This document shows positions 52,701 to 62,640 of a stretch of DNA of 64,000 nucleotides, one piece after another. This stretch comes from Haplodiscus bocki (lineage: Eukaryota), in the NCBI GenBank assembly GCA_965655095.1, contig OZ296648.1:139314001-139378000 (forward strand), given 5' to 3'. The translations under genes were made by a program, and so were the position numbers. Position 1 is the stretch's first letter. The number at the start of each line of letters is the position of its first letter. The notes beneath the pieces were generated by a model. The model was not told the DNA's origin and searched no databases. It saw only the letters and a program-made list of their open reading frames with translations.

Positions 52701-54577
52701 AATTCGATAACACCATGAGAAGCTGCGTCTTATCTGACTATGGCCTTTTGGAAGTCTCTTCTGTGGGATTATATTGATATACTTTATATTCTTCAGATAA
52801 AATAAACTATTATGCTATGCTATTGATATACTTTATATTCTTCAGATAAAATAAACTATTATTATATTATTCCTACTGTACTCTCAACGCCGCGTTGCTG
52901 AGTTTTGGAAAAAATCAGAAATTTTTCAAAAAAAATATCACTCCAAATTTTTTATTTCGGACAAACAAGGCAAAATTTCGTTCGAAAGAAGAGTAAAAAA
53001 AGGGAAGCCGAGTTACACTACGTATTTCCAAAAATCTAAACTTTCGGAAGTCGTGAAAATTGGAACTTCACAACCACAGTAGATCCTCGTTAATTCGCAT
53101 CCGGATAATCTGGACATTCGTTTAATTTGTGTGAAATTGAGAACCAATTTTGAAGGAAAGAATTTACGAAGACGTGGCTACTTCGCATTTTTCATTCAAT
53201 TTTATCTGGTACTGAAAGCTCTGAATGAGCAGCTCAGATACCTAAAACGAGCCGAGTTCAGCAAAACTTTTGAACGCTTACTGCTCTACCTTTTGGAAAA
53301 AGGGTTGTTGTCGCATGTTGTTAGATATCAAGTGGGCAGTTCTACAACCAGTTCAACGCTGCAAAACTAATCATCTCTTACATTGAAGACAGCAGTCTGG
53401 GCTGGTTCGAAAAAAATATTCAGCAACAAAGAATTGATATATTTATCTAGCAACGTTTTTATTCTCTCCTTGCATCCTCTTTTCAATTTTTTACTCGTTA
53501 CCAATAAAAAGTGTAAAATCAATATTTATCTTAGACGTGTCAATCAACTCTTTCTGCCTTCAATGGAATTGAATAGATTAGTGTCTGCTCGCGAAAACTG
53601 ATTAGTTTACAGTATTTTTAATGGAAATTCCAAGTTGCACTTTTAGAGATATTCTCAAAGACTTGGGAAAGTACGTTTGATTTTCCACACAAAAACTACA
53701 CGTTTTGGTATTACTCACAGATTTGGTAACATCGATACAAGCTTCTAAATCTGAAATGAAATCTTTATGTACCTTATATTTCCGTAAAAAAGCTTACAAA
53801 ACTGTGTCTCACTAGCTTTAAGAATCCATTGCATTTCAATGCAAATGTATAGTTGCATTCAAAATTCGGCAATTTATTTTTTGATGCTGATTGTTGGAAT
53901 AAGTTGACAATCCCCACTAATTCCAATGTGTTTACATGAACTAGGACCCCGATACAGCAAAGACAAATCATATCTGTTGCAGGGGAAGCGGAGAGTGATG
54001 CCGAATTGCTATCTGTTTCACTATTGTTTGACATAATCGGTGAAAATTAGGTTTAATAAATGTTTTTAGGTAGCGCTGAAAATGTAAGCAATTTAGTTTC
54101 ACGATATTCTATCAAAACTCGTACATCCTCTACGTGGCTCAAAATTTGAGTGACATCAACATACCTAAGTTTTGAACGTTTTCATGTTCTCACGGCTCAA
54201 TGGTTGCGGTTTCCCGAGATTTTTAAATTATCTCGCAATAATCATAAAGATCAGAACCGTTGATCATCTGCTAAATCGATTCAAAATTTTCAGTTTTTAT
54301 TGGTAAAAGAAGGTATAAAAATAGTAAGGCAACATCACATTGGGTATTATCTCGAGAACTTTGTCTGTCAGTTGCTCAAACCTAACCTCTTTAAGACATT
54401 GATGCATGTGATGGTCAATGTTGAGTTTGGGAATGGATTCGGAACAGAAGGGACAAATTAGTAGGATACATGGAAGCACAGGAGCACTCTCAAACTGTTT
54501 CTCTACCACCTTACAACTCTGAACTTGTGCCTGAGCCTTCACTACAGCTGTTTCCCCTTCAAGCAATTCACGGTTCA
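22642..54577 (-). CDS. UBXN6: UBX domain-containing protein 6 (UBXD1) orthologue, partial (5' exons not identified); 8 exons
   Basis: Exons 54577-54387, 29333-29236, 29163-29088, 28629-28551, 25602-25380, 24653-24512, 24244-24113 and 22779-22642. All introns are GT-AG with compatible phases and there are no internal stops. The protein has a PUB domain (IFNNIISYPGVEKYQKLR..EKIQPMLGCDELLQAAGF), the UBXN6 linker (LDRQ..PDDFYNLSKEEIARE..LRTKAMRE) and a UBX domain (KYNYTLIRIRFPD...LVPAAMLNFHWD). Confidence 0.92.
23410..23873 (+). mobile_element. Non-autonomous Helitron (copy 1) in a UBXN6 intron
   Basis: Starts TCCTATAGAGAATGGAG. Ends with the hairpin TCTGCC-gatct-GGCAGA, then CTAG (23870-23873) followed by T, the canonical Helitron 3' end. 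Homologous to 24754-25097. Confidence 0.75.
24113..24244 (-). CDS. UBXN6: UBXN6 exon (UBX domain)
   Basis: ttttacag|VFEKFGDVVDFLKNNLAYESVSFRLQDAMGYSFDESKFLSDLAL|gtaaat; phase 0/0, 132 nt. Confidence 0.88.
24512..24653 (-). CDS. UBXN6: UBXN6 exon (LRTKAMRE linker and UBX start)
   Basis: ttatag|(R)KERAEKELQLRTKAMRERDALQEVRKYNYTLIRIRFPDNSTLQLVFR|gtaaaa; 142 nt. Confidence 0.93.
24754..25097 (+). mobile_element. Non-autonomous Helitron (copy 2) in a UBXN6 intron
   Basis: Same family as 23410-23873, sharing gacgtcattgccgaaa.accgaa...agcaagtgaaaa.agcaagccaat. It has the same 3' hairpin plus CTAG|T at 25094-25098, and is shorter internally. Confidence 0.75.
25380..25602 (-). CDS. UBXN6: UBXN6 exon (PUB-UBX linker)
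   Basis: cttttag|(G)ESEESRVWVCRDPNVESLQTLIFMLSDGQPMKPQLDRQAKILTPKQLLTVGPIMYPDDFYNLSKEEIAREHHL(R)|gtggtt; 223 nt, phase 1/2. Confidence 0.9.
26810..27900. repeat. Degenerate tandem array, ~160-170 bp period, ~7 units
   Basis: The core agcgct(a/g)gatgg...actagtca.t.gagaaaaac recurs at ~26820, 26985, 27140, 27320, 27470, 27625 and 27800. Confidence 0.65.
28551..28629 (-). CDS. UBXN6: UBXN6 exon (PUB domain, GF motif)
   Basis: tttcag|EKIQPMLGCDELLQAAGFTLEDEVAS(G)|gtaatt; 79 nt, phase 0/1. Confidence 0.9.
29088..29163 (-). CDS. UBXN6: UBXN6 exon (PUB domain core)
   Basis: gtttag|(R)IFNNIISYPGVEKYQKLRCSTKTYR|gtaata; matches the PUB pattern NI..xP.xEKY.K.R; 76 nt. Confidence 0.9.
29236..29333 (-). 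CDS. UBXN6: UBXN6 exon (PUB N-terminal helices)
   Basis: gtttcag|QLADNPSVVSVTMFISCNRNPEKLSQGKEIFL(R)|gttggt; 98 nt, phase 0/2; followed by a 72-nt intron. Confidence 0.85.
35280..36340 (-). pseudogene. Possible decayed RPA/OB-fold ssDNA-binding gene, divergent from the Helentron RepHel
   Basis: Minus-strand fragments YLTFELY.., NYFSEKH.., KTSVTL(*)TETIM (OB-fold TLW-like) and two CxxC pairs (CQRC ~35530, CERC ~35305). Heavily disrupted; inferred mainly from position and weak motifs. Confidence 0.3.
40819..41619 (+). CDS. LINE ORF1p (coiled coil + RRM + CTD), intact, 266 aa
   Basis: Coiled coil LEQRVNECEKYS, then SIIFDNLP, FKACHVLG, PGVIIKF and IFMKERL, the motif series typical of L1/L2/CR1-type ORF1 RNA-binding proteins. 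Confidence 0.88.
   Translation: MANYDFQKALNLIENSNLKAIMQHLLKKLEEKDDQIRLLTNRVVDLEQRVNECEKYSSKDSIIFDNLPLRNDNTPLSHQVCDFLQKYLNFTTHPQNFKACHVLGKWKDTNSPPGVIIKFLYYGEKNEIFGRKSWLAGIRNPLNGRPIFMKERLPPLQREIKKEADQLGLITTTMNCDVKVFKKSDDNKFMPIVVNSLKAVHDIKNTAVKRANRGTKDKPPVNHTPLLTCGTSKRPRCSPGDGNIEKFACFESSTKAKTDIHNCGQT
41757..42521 (+). CDS. LINE mini-ORF2: short N-terminus fused in frame to the post-RT C-terminal region; no endonuclease, no RT core
   Basis: The ORF is open from 41646 (first ATG at 41757). MFGNLKHCFDPIVNKDTLF joins KKVRLKLSQFCGIVFKVRHYF..LIMLYHSF..IQYGVLIYG..LKLQRRIIRAI, the thumb/C-terminal region of L2/Crack ORF2. There are no YADD/FADD, QFGF, GDFN or SDH motifs. Confidence 0.75.
   Translation: MFGNLKHCFDPIVNKDTLFLKKVRLKLSQFCGIVFKVRHYFSRKQLIMLYHSFAVSVIQYGVLIYGCTYKHHLNEILKLQRRIIRAIFYLRKTDSLEHIIQVNKLFTVFELHVREVFREVFTNLRQGTFWTKYNFTSDSSQKQTRSVSKGKLKMISSRSNVRKHSIANKVVKAYNILQECDSDVTKYRDLSEGAFRVFFKKFFENYIVGASDFIDLFFFKKLGFGSYMNSNNITLRFPRGATRREFILFGPPCC
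47550..51700 (+). mobile_element. Decayed near-full-length L2/Crack-like LINE (EN + RT), with secondary insertions at ~50150-50920
   Basis: EN: LSET (~48388), QGDFNIDLL (48690), TCLDH (~48820). RT: KTSTGSDDLSSKLVK, NYRPIS (49570), QFGF (49676), VFLGLQKAF (~49770), YGIRG, AVPYGS, LFTDD (~50030). C-terminal DDKLSLKDHV and IKYG (~51020-51165). Many stops; ends approximate. Confidence 0.82.
52772..52862. repeat. Direct duplication of ~41 bp
   Basis: tattgatatactttatattcttcagataaaataaactatta occurs twice, 49 bp apart. Confidence 0.85.
54387..54577 (-). CDS. UBXN6: UBXN6 exon (pre-PUB region with CX2CX11HX3C zinc finger)
   Basis: gtgtttcag|xNRELLEGETAVVKAQAQVQSCKVVEKQFESAPVLPCILLICPFCSESIPKLNIDHHMHQCLKE|gttagg; 191 nt, phase 1/0. 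Aligns to the UBXN6 RKEL...GVYFTCP...KE segment and is in phase with the exon at 29333. Confidence 0.78.
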
Positions 54578-55799
54578 CTGAAACACAGAAGTAGGCATTA
54601 AAGATTTATCCATGTACGTTTTCGAGATATTATAGAGGAAAATTGAATGTTCTGGAGACCGGAACCAGACAAGAAAGCGCGTATTCGAGCGCATTGATGG
54701 GCTTGTATTTATTTTTAGCCGGAACATTTAGTATGAGCGCATCCACAAAAATCACTCCCGTTCCAAATGAGGTCGATATTTCCTTAGTACATCTGGTTTT
54801 TAACCTAAGCGAACAATGAGTTACGAGATATTGACCCAATTGTTGCACCATTTGATGAATTCTGACCAAAAATCTCATGGTTTCAAAACCTTTTAAAATG
54901 AGGATAAATATGTCGGTGTTAAAGCAGCGAAAAACTCCGGAAAACAGCGCAGTTAGATAATTTTGCTGCTTTAAAAGATAGATGCAAGTTTCATACCTCA
55001 GTGACATGAACGATAAAGAGTAATTTCTTAACGACAGATTAAGGAACAGTAGCAAGAAAGCTGGCTTGAACGGAAAAGGCGTTAAGCGACATCTAATATC
55101 AGGCGAAAATTCATAACAAATTAAAACTGAAACCATTTCAAAAGGCGACAACTGATCACAAGCGTCAAGACATAACAAGCGACGATTGATATCAAATTGA
55201 TATAAAAAAGACGGCCGGCTGCTACCGGGACATTTTGCGCCTTCCCATTTTTGTAAAGACGGCTTTTAAAAAGATGAAAATTTTTTTCAGAAAAAAACGC
55301 TCATTCTTCATATTTTCTAATTTTTCCAACTTTAAAAAAATTCTGACTGTTAGCCGAAAACACTCATAATTGGGGCTGAAAAAAATTAACGAAATATTAG
55401 GATTTGATGCGCATTCTATAGCAAATTGGGAACCTTTAGCGATTTTGAGAAAACTCAATTTTTTTCGAAAAAAACATCTAATTTTTCAAAAAACAACTTT
55501 TGAACGTTCTGCAAAATCAGTTCGCATTCTACAGCAAATGTGATTCAATTTGCTGAAAAAAGTGAACGCAATCGGCAGAATCGGGCAATAAACGTTCGCG
55601 TTGAGCGGAAGATTTTGCTCCAGGATTACAAATAAAAAGGCGCAAAATAATAAAGAGGCAACTTCTAGAAATCGGTTTAATGGATAACAACAATTGAGCA
55701 TCAATTATCTCAGTAAATGGTTGACGAGATTATAAACTACTGACTTGCTAAAACGCCATTACTAATCAAAGCTGCTGATTGAAAGTAAAAAAAATTGGT

Positions 55800-56900
55800 A
55801 CTAGGTAATTTGAAATGCTGCACCAGCGAATCAAATTTTTCATTACAACAAAATTTCGGATTACAAAGCGACTCGAAAAGCCATCTGTTGAAAATCAAGC
55901 TTCACTTGCTAACCACCGTGAAAAATTTCTCTTCCAAACTCGAAAGATGTCTTTTGGTGTCTCCACTGAAAAGGAGAGCCCACGTTTCATGCTTTTGCCG
56001 GGAAAACCTGCATCAGAATCCACAACGTTCATTGTTAAAACGTGCAAGATTATCAAACTCATCATCTCAAACTACGTCAGAAATATCGAAAACATAGGCC
56101 GACGCCCCGGTTTAAAAAGCCCAACATGTTTCTAGATACTTCCAATTTCTGGAAATAAAAAACGATGACCACGAAGTTTCCAAGTTTTGGAAAAGTCAAA
56201 GCAATTGAACATTTCGCGGGAAGAGCGGTAAAAAAAATTGAAGAGCTTAAAACAGAGTCATTCAAATCATAAACGTGTTATCCATTCAGCACCCACTCAC
56301 TCACGATTATTAAACGTGACAGAGAAGTTCAGAATGCCAAACTCTGGCATTAACAAATTTGAGAGAAGACTTCATTATGAAAACAAGTCACACAGACGTT
56401 GTAACTTCATGCCACAACAGAGGAATGTTTAAACTTTCCGCATTCTCTTCAAGCAAAGAACTTGGGTGAAGACATAGATAACTTTTTCAAGCGTAGCGGG
56501 TGGCTTTAACTAATGGATTTGCGGGGTACGAACACAAAAAGATATTATAGGAAGGCAAGTTTCATCCGAACCTGCCAGTAAGTTTACACTGGGCGGATAT
56601 TTTCAGTTACATAAGCGTTATTACTGATATGTCTACTTTGAAACTTTTCATCCGTCAGGTTATTTTGATGGCAGAAAATATAAAAAAATCTAAGAATTCT
56701 TCAGAGCCCTCGTGTAATCAATCAAGTTCCCACGGCTTCAAGTGACCGAGTGTGCCATTGCCCTTCCATCCTACAAGTTAGTGCGCTGTGTAGACAGGCA
56801 AAGAAAGGGTGAAAATTTGAACCTCACAACGCCGAAAGAAACTGCAATTCTTTCAGAGTTGCAAGTACTGAAAGAGGCAAGCAGATTCCTGCATTTGATT
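55800..56900 (+). mobile_element. Very degraded LINE 5' part (esterase-type ORF1 / EN start)
   Basis: Weak motifs NSGINKFERRL (esterase ORF1-like) and LPSYKLVRCVDRQRKG (EN GY..R.DR..GGG-like). Confidence 0.3.
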
Positions 56901-57927
56901 CAAGTTTCACAGATGAAAAACGTTTCTATTTTAGGCAACGACAACAAATTCGAGCCAGTCTGAACACTGCTCATAATGGCATGCCGATGGAACATTCAAA
57001 GCGTCTCCAATGCTAATATTAACTATGATGTACCATCAATGCAATCTTCAACGGTAACAAAATTCCTAGTGCATATTCTGCTGCGAACAAAAACACCATA
57101 CAAGCTAAAAGCGAATCATTAGAACACTAAAAGATTTGAACCCTGGCGCGTATCGCAACGAGTTCTAGCAGACTGGGCTGGCCGCAACCAACTCCTTTAA
57201 AGAAGTATTTCTTTGGCAGAGGTAGATTGGCGAGATGTTAAAGACCGTGGACTGTCAAAGCAGTTTTGTGAAAATGACCAAATCAGAAAGTGAATAAAAT
57301 GTTTAGTGGCCCTGGCACTCACCCCGAGAGTGACACATTATTCAGCTTCGAAAAAATCTAGGTACTGTTCCCAATGAATCACCGTCGCAAGAAAGATGAG
57401 ATCTTTTGAAAGAACATGGCTGGGATCAAAGGATCGCCTGAGCCGCCCGTCAGATCCAACTTTTTAAACTGAAATTCAGAACCAACACTATGCTGCTCTC
57501 GACGCTGAGCTACGCTGCTCGAAAACAATTCTGAATAACAGTGTCACCGGTCTTTTCAAAATTCAATGGGACTTGAACACTGTATACTGGGGATTTTTCC
57601 GTCGGGGCGAAGTTGGACCATACTTGAACTTGCACGGATGGAAGATGGCGGAAAGAATTCCAGTATGCCAAGAGAAACTATAAATTACCACAACTTCTAA
57701 ATTGATAACCAAAAATACCCAAAAATTAGACTTCAATGAAGGTATTTTGAAATATTTAGATTTTCATGCTTCAGTATCAATGGCAAGTAAATCTCTGTGC
57801 TTGTTTAACTCGGATATGATTTGCCGAGCGAGATAATTTCCGTTTGACGTCATTTGTCACTTAATGAGTTGCCGCTTTTTAAATAGGTATCAGTTGTCTC
57901 TTGACAAGATCTGTTGTTATGCCGGGA

Positions 57928-58303
57928 AAAGAGACAAACTCCGAAAAATGAAACAAAGCTATTTTGTGGCAGCACTAAAACACAAGAGAGTCGAATCACG
58001 CTGGCTTGACAATTGATACCACCGATCACGGAAGACATTTGAAACTGTAATCAGAAGCGCAATTGACAATTCTAAAAGTATTTCAGAATCTTAAAATTGA
58101 CCTGTCAATCGTTGGTCAAAGAGACAAACTCCGAAAAATGAAACAAAGCTATTTTGTGGCAGCACTAAAACACAAGAGAGTCGAATCATGCTGGCTTGAA
58201 AATTGATACAACCGATCACGGAAGACATTTGAAACTGTAATCAGAAGCGCAATTGACACTTCTAATAGTATTTCATAATCTTAAAATTGATCTGTCAATC
58301 GTT
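57928..58303. repeat. Recent tandem duplication, 190-bp period, 2 copies
   Basis: aaagagacaaactccgaaaaatg...ctgtcaatcgtt at 57928-58113 and 58118-58303, nearly identical. Confidence 0.93.
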
Positions 58304-59239
58304 AAAATTGATGTCAATATTACACCATTTTGCAGTCTATTGTTCAAAATTCTTGCCCACAAAACAACGCGCAAATGAAAAGTTTAACGCCCGAATTGTC
58401 TCAAAATCAAAAATTGCTCGCTCAAACATGAATTTTACGCACTGCTGTTGATTTTTCGGACCAATGACCAATGTTTGGCAAGCCGAGAACGGCCTGTAAG
58501 AAAAGTTTTTTCTCGTTACTGTTTAAAATTTCACGCCGTCAAAAACCTGATACGTTCAAATCCACACAGATTTCAAATAAATAGGGTTAACATAGAAATG
58601 AAATGATTATACAAACTGGGAAAACTCAACAAACCCAAAAAGTCGACGTATGGCTAAAAATAAAAGGACGGAGGTGATCTTGATGTTTGGATAGAAATGT
58701 ATCGGTAGAAATTAAAAATTCAACAAACAAGTAGACTACGATAGGTTGTTGTGAAAGACCTGAGTTGAAACTGATCCTCACGAGGACAAAAAAATTCGCC
58801 TGCTTTCATTGACTCATTCGCTACATTGCATCACAGCTTGGAGACTGATAGTCTTCTCTAACTGAGCGGTTTTAATTTTGTTTTTACAGGCCATTTCTTG
58901 AGAGAGAATGAGAGACGGAGAATGGCAAACCTCAAACTAACCAACGAAAACAATTAGGACGACCCAATAGAGACACAATAACCCAATATCAAAAACGGGA
59001 CTCCCCGTTCAGACCAACCCGAGAAATGGCTGACCTGAACAGTGAAGTTAGATATGCAACTGTTAAGATATATCCTGATAGTTCGAAAGTTAACATACAG
59101 CTTACAGGTACCACAATTAAAACCAATGAGGAGCAGCGACTTCCATTGGTCAAAGTACTAGCTGGCACTGTCTCCTCCGAGCCAATTCATTGCTCATTAA
59201 CATGGCAAACTTTCCAAACTTTGAAGTGACCAGGCAAGT

Positions 59240-60100
59240 CCTAACAATCGGCCCAAATTACCTAACCAACTCGCAAGTTGGAAGAATCTAATCAGACAAA
59301 ATCTTTGAGACTCTCTGGATTCGCACAAACTTTGAAAGGCCCCGACTTCCCCGGATAAAGCCCGCCAGTAGAAATCAAAACCACTCATTTTGAAAAAACC
59401 CACCACTCCAACTACTTCCCATAACCTCCCTGTTTCAAGTATCCAAGTTGGAACAATCAATTTTTATCAATTTTCATGAAATCCTGCGCTCCCAAAACTA
59501 AAGAACACCCACGTCTTAGCCGGTAGGCTACCACAAAAAGAAAAGTAAAAACTTTCAAAAAACTCTTCCCACTAATTTCCCAATCCCTCTCAAGCCCTAT
59601 ACTCACACAAGGAAAAATGCAATGTCTTCAAATTTTACTCAACCCCCTCATTGCCATTGTGCCTCCGAATAGCCATGCATATTCCCGGATACCTTCTCGT
59701 AATACAGATGCAAAATTTTCAACTGTGAGAAAAAGTCAAACCATTGCCGATTAACGTCGCCACCCACTGCCACTACTTAGCACATCATACCTAACCACTT
59801 CACCAAAGTTCGAATAATCTCAGTCTATCTAAAACTCTTCTGATTTTCCTCGCTGCAAAAACGCCAGGCCTTTGTTCGGATATCACTCCACAACAAAAAA
59901 CAAAACTTCAAACCACTTCAACTTGCCCGGTCATTCACACTACTAGTGTTCCTTAGACCGAAAACCGTCAGAGGATTGAGCAATCCGTTCTTTTTCAAAT
60001 CGGGTTTGCGCTGTGTGACCAACTGAATGCTGGCGCATAGGGTCCCTCTTTGACCCTTATTCGGGCAATTTGGGAGAGGGAAATTCCAAGCATTCCATTG
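59240..60100 (+). repeat. Dispersed repeat copy A (~850 bp)
   Basis: Colinear with 61770-62640; shared segments include gataaagc.cgccagtagaa, accactccaactacttcc.ataacctccctgtttca.gtatccaagttggaaca and cacacaaggaaaaa.tgcaa. Confidence 0.8.
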
Positions 60101-61769
60101 TCTAAACTCTGCAAAAGTATATCCACATCGGATGCAAGTAAAAAAAAATTTTTTGCTTTGCAGCCTTCCAGCGGTTTTATGATGGTTCGTGGTGTACTCC
60201 CACCCAGCGGTGCTGCGATTTCAAAAACAAAGCTATGCAAATGTCGCAAAAAACTGTTACCGTGGTTAGGTGACAAAACGTTACGAAAAAAGCGTTCCAA
60301 AAGAATACAAAAATATAGTATCACTAAGTACTTTGTAAAGTTGAAATTTTCCGAAGTCCTAATAATTGATATGTCAATCATGTCTTTCCAGTTTAAGAAA
60401 ATTTGCTGCTTAATGCAAAACAAGTTTGCAGAGAGAACAACGCGAAGAAGAACAAGTAACCGCCATTTTATTTCCAAATCAGATATGTCAATCATGTCTT
60501 TTCAGGTTACGCCAACTCCCATGCTCACGGAGTTTTCAGAGAAAAAAATGCAAAAGTGGTTTAGTAACTGCCAAAAAGAAGTGTTTTTGACCATTTACAC
60601 TGGATAACGAAACTCTTTGATGACTTTAGAAACTGCAAAAGTCGGACAGGATTACAAGTACAAACCAAATCATTGAAGTCAGAATGTGTAGAAAGTTAAT
60701 CGACCAGGAAGATAATGTGCCAGCTATCCATTTCGTTGGTTTTATCTATTACAGTTTCTTAGATGCCTCGACTATCATTAAGAAAATGGGGAACAATATT
60801 GGATTTTTTTGAACATTGTCCGGGTTCCGATCTATGCTCGGAGGCAACCAACGCTATACTGCAAGCGAAACCAGTAAAAGTACTCAAAACAAAAAAAAAC
60901 AAGGAAAACGAAGCTTATACATAGATTATAAGCGAGTGGTGTAGAGAGGATAGGATCACCTGATCCGCAGACACCGGCTCCGACGGATTGAACACTATGC
61001 GAACGTTAGCCCATAAAAATGTTTTGCCTCAAAAAAAATCATCGAAGTATAGCAAAGTGTCCGGAAGTTCATGAATATTACGACTTGAAGGAAGCCGCAG
61101 GAAAACGTAACAAGGGAACATGTAGCCTCCGCGATTGGGCAAGCTTGTGGAAGATTATCAAAAATTTAGTATATGCGGCTCTCACTTTTGTAAGTTCTTT
61201 AATATGAAGGTCACTACCAGAAGACGCTAGCTTGAAGAAAAAATGCGTCGAAACCGACTTTCGATAGGACTTTCACAAATTTCCCGTTTTTTAGCTCAAT
61301 GGATCAATTGCACCACAGCTTGTTAACCGATTCAATCCGTCCTATTCAAGTTTTAAATTTGTTTTTACACGCAGTTGCCTACGGGATCAATGCTGAAATC
61401 AATTCTGATCAGATGCAATCATTTCAAGAAAAAGCAAACTTCGAACTGTCACGTCTAACAAACGAAGACAAATTAGATGCTCATGTTGATGAACAAAAAT
61501 CGCAAGTACACAATGGGGCCTCTGGGTTGACGCCAACCCCCGAAGGGGCTGATCTGAAAAGGGAGGTACTTGGATTATGCGATTGTTCAGATATACCTTG
61601 ATAGTTCCAATGTTGAAATCCAGTGTGCTGGAACGGCAATGAGAACAAATTGCTGCGGGCGACTTCCACTCGTCAAATGATTACTCTCCATTGTTTCTCC
61701 TGAACTCAACCAATTAATTGTTCCTTAACTATGGTAAATATTCGTAAGTTTAAGATCGCCCGCCACACC

Positions 61770-62640
61770 CAATAATTGGCCCATGTTCCCTAAAGAGCTC
61801 TGAAGTTGGTATAATATCATTGCACAATAACTTAAAAACTGTCTGGTTTCTCACATATTTCGAATGGCACCGACTTTCTCAGATAAAGCTCGCCAGTAGA
61901 ATTGAAAACTGACTCTCATTTTGAATATACCGACCACTCCAACTACTTCCTATAACCTCCCTGTTTCATGTATCCAAGTTGGAACATTGATTTTTTTCAC
62001 ATTTCTCTTCATGTCCCCCACTCCCAACTTGCGCCGGGATACTACCACGAAAAAAGAACTGAAGACTTTCAACAACCTCAACTTCTCCCACTACTTTCCC
62101 TATCGTTCCTATACCCACACAAGCCTTATACCCACACAAGGAAAAAATGCAACGTTTTCAAAAACTTCTGATCTCCCTCATTTGCAATGTGCCTCCGAAT
62201 GGCCATGTTTTTCCCGGATACTAACCCGTAATAGTTGAAATTTTTTCAACTTTGATAAAATTTAAAACTATTGCCAATTAACTTCGTCGCCTACTCTCGC
62301 TACTTAGTATATCGTACTTAACCCATGTACCGAAGTTGAAATATCCTCAATCAAAATTCAAGATTCTTTTGATTTTCCGTCGTTCCCACAGATTACGAAA
62401 GGTCAGACCCTTACTCGAATAATAACCCCGCCTTAAATTGAAAACTTTAAACCACCTCAACTTCCCCGGTCATTCCCGGTGCTAATACTCCTTAGAATGA
62501 ATACTTTCAAAGGAAATAAAGACTTTTCGTTTTTATTGAGTTTTTGCTTGGTCACCAACTTCATGCCAATGCATAGGGTCCTTCCTTGATCCATATTCCC
62601 GCAAATTGGAAAAAAATCTAGATTCCATGGTCTCACCAAT
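61770..62640 (+). repeat. Dispersed repeat copy B (~850 bp)
   Basis: Direct-orientation homologue of 59240-60100, moderately diverged. Confidence 0.8.

Noticed and set aside
53721-53752. 32-nt minus-strand segment with good splice sites (tttcag ... gtgagt) inside the big intron
   Set aside because: It gives an immediate stop (ATT TAG) in the required phase 0 and breaks the frame. It could only be a poison exon, which is unsupported without RNA data.
54630-55178. 182-aa minus-strand ORF
   Set aside because: No recognisable domain and composition typical of random AT-rich sequence.
57623-57680. Candidate upstream UBXN6 exon (..SSIRASS|M)
   Set aside because: There is no VIM-like AAxxR motif and the similarity is too weak; the 5' exons are left unassigned.
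59995-60607. Overlapping 166-aa and 185-aa ORFs on opposite strands
   Set aside because: No motifs; they overlap repeat sequence and are probably chance ORFs.
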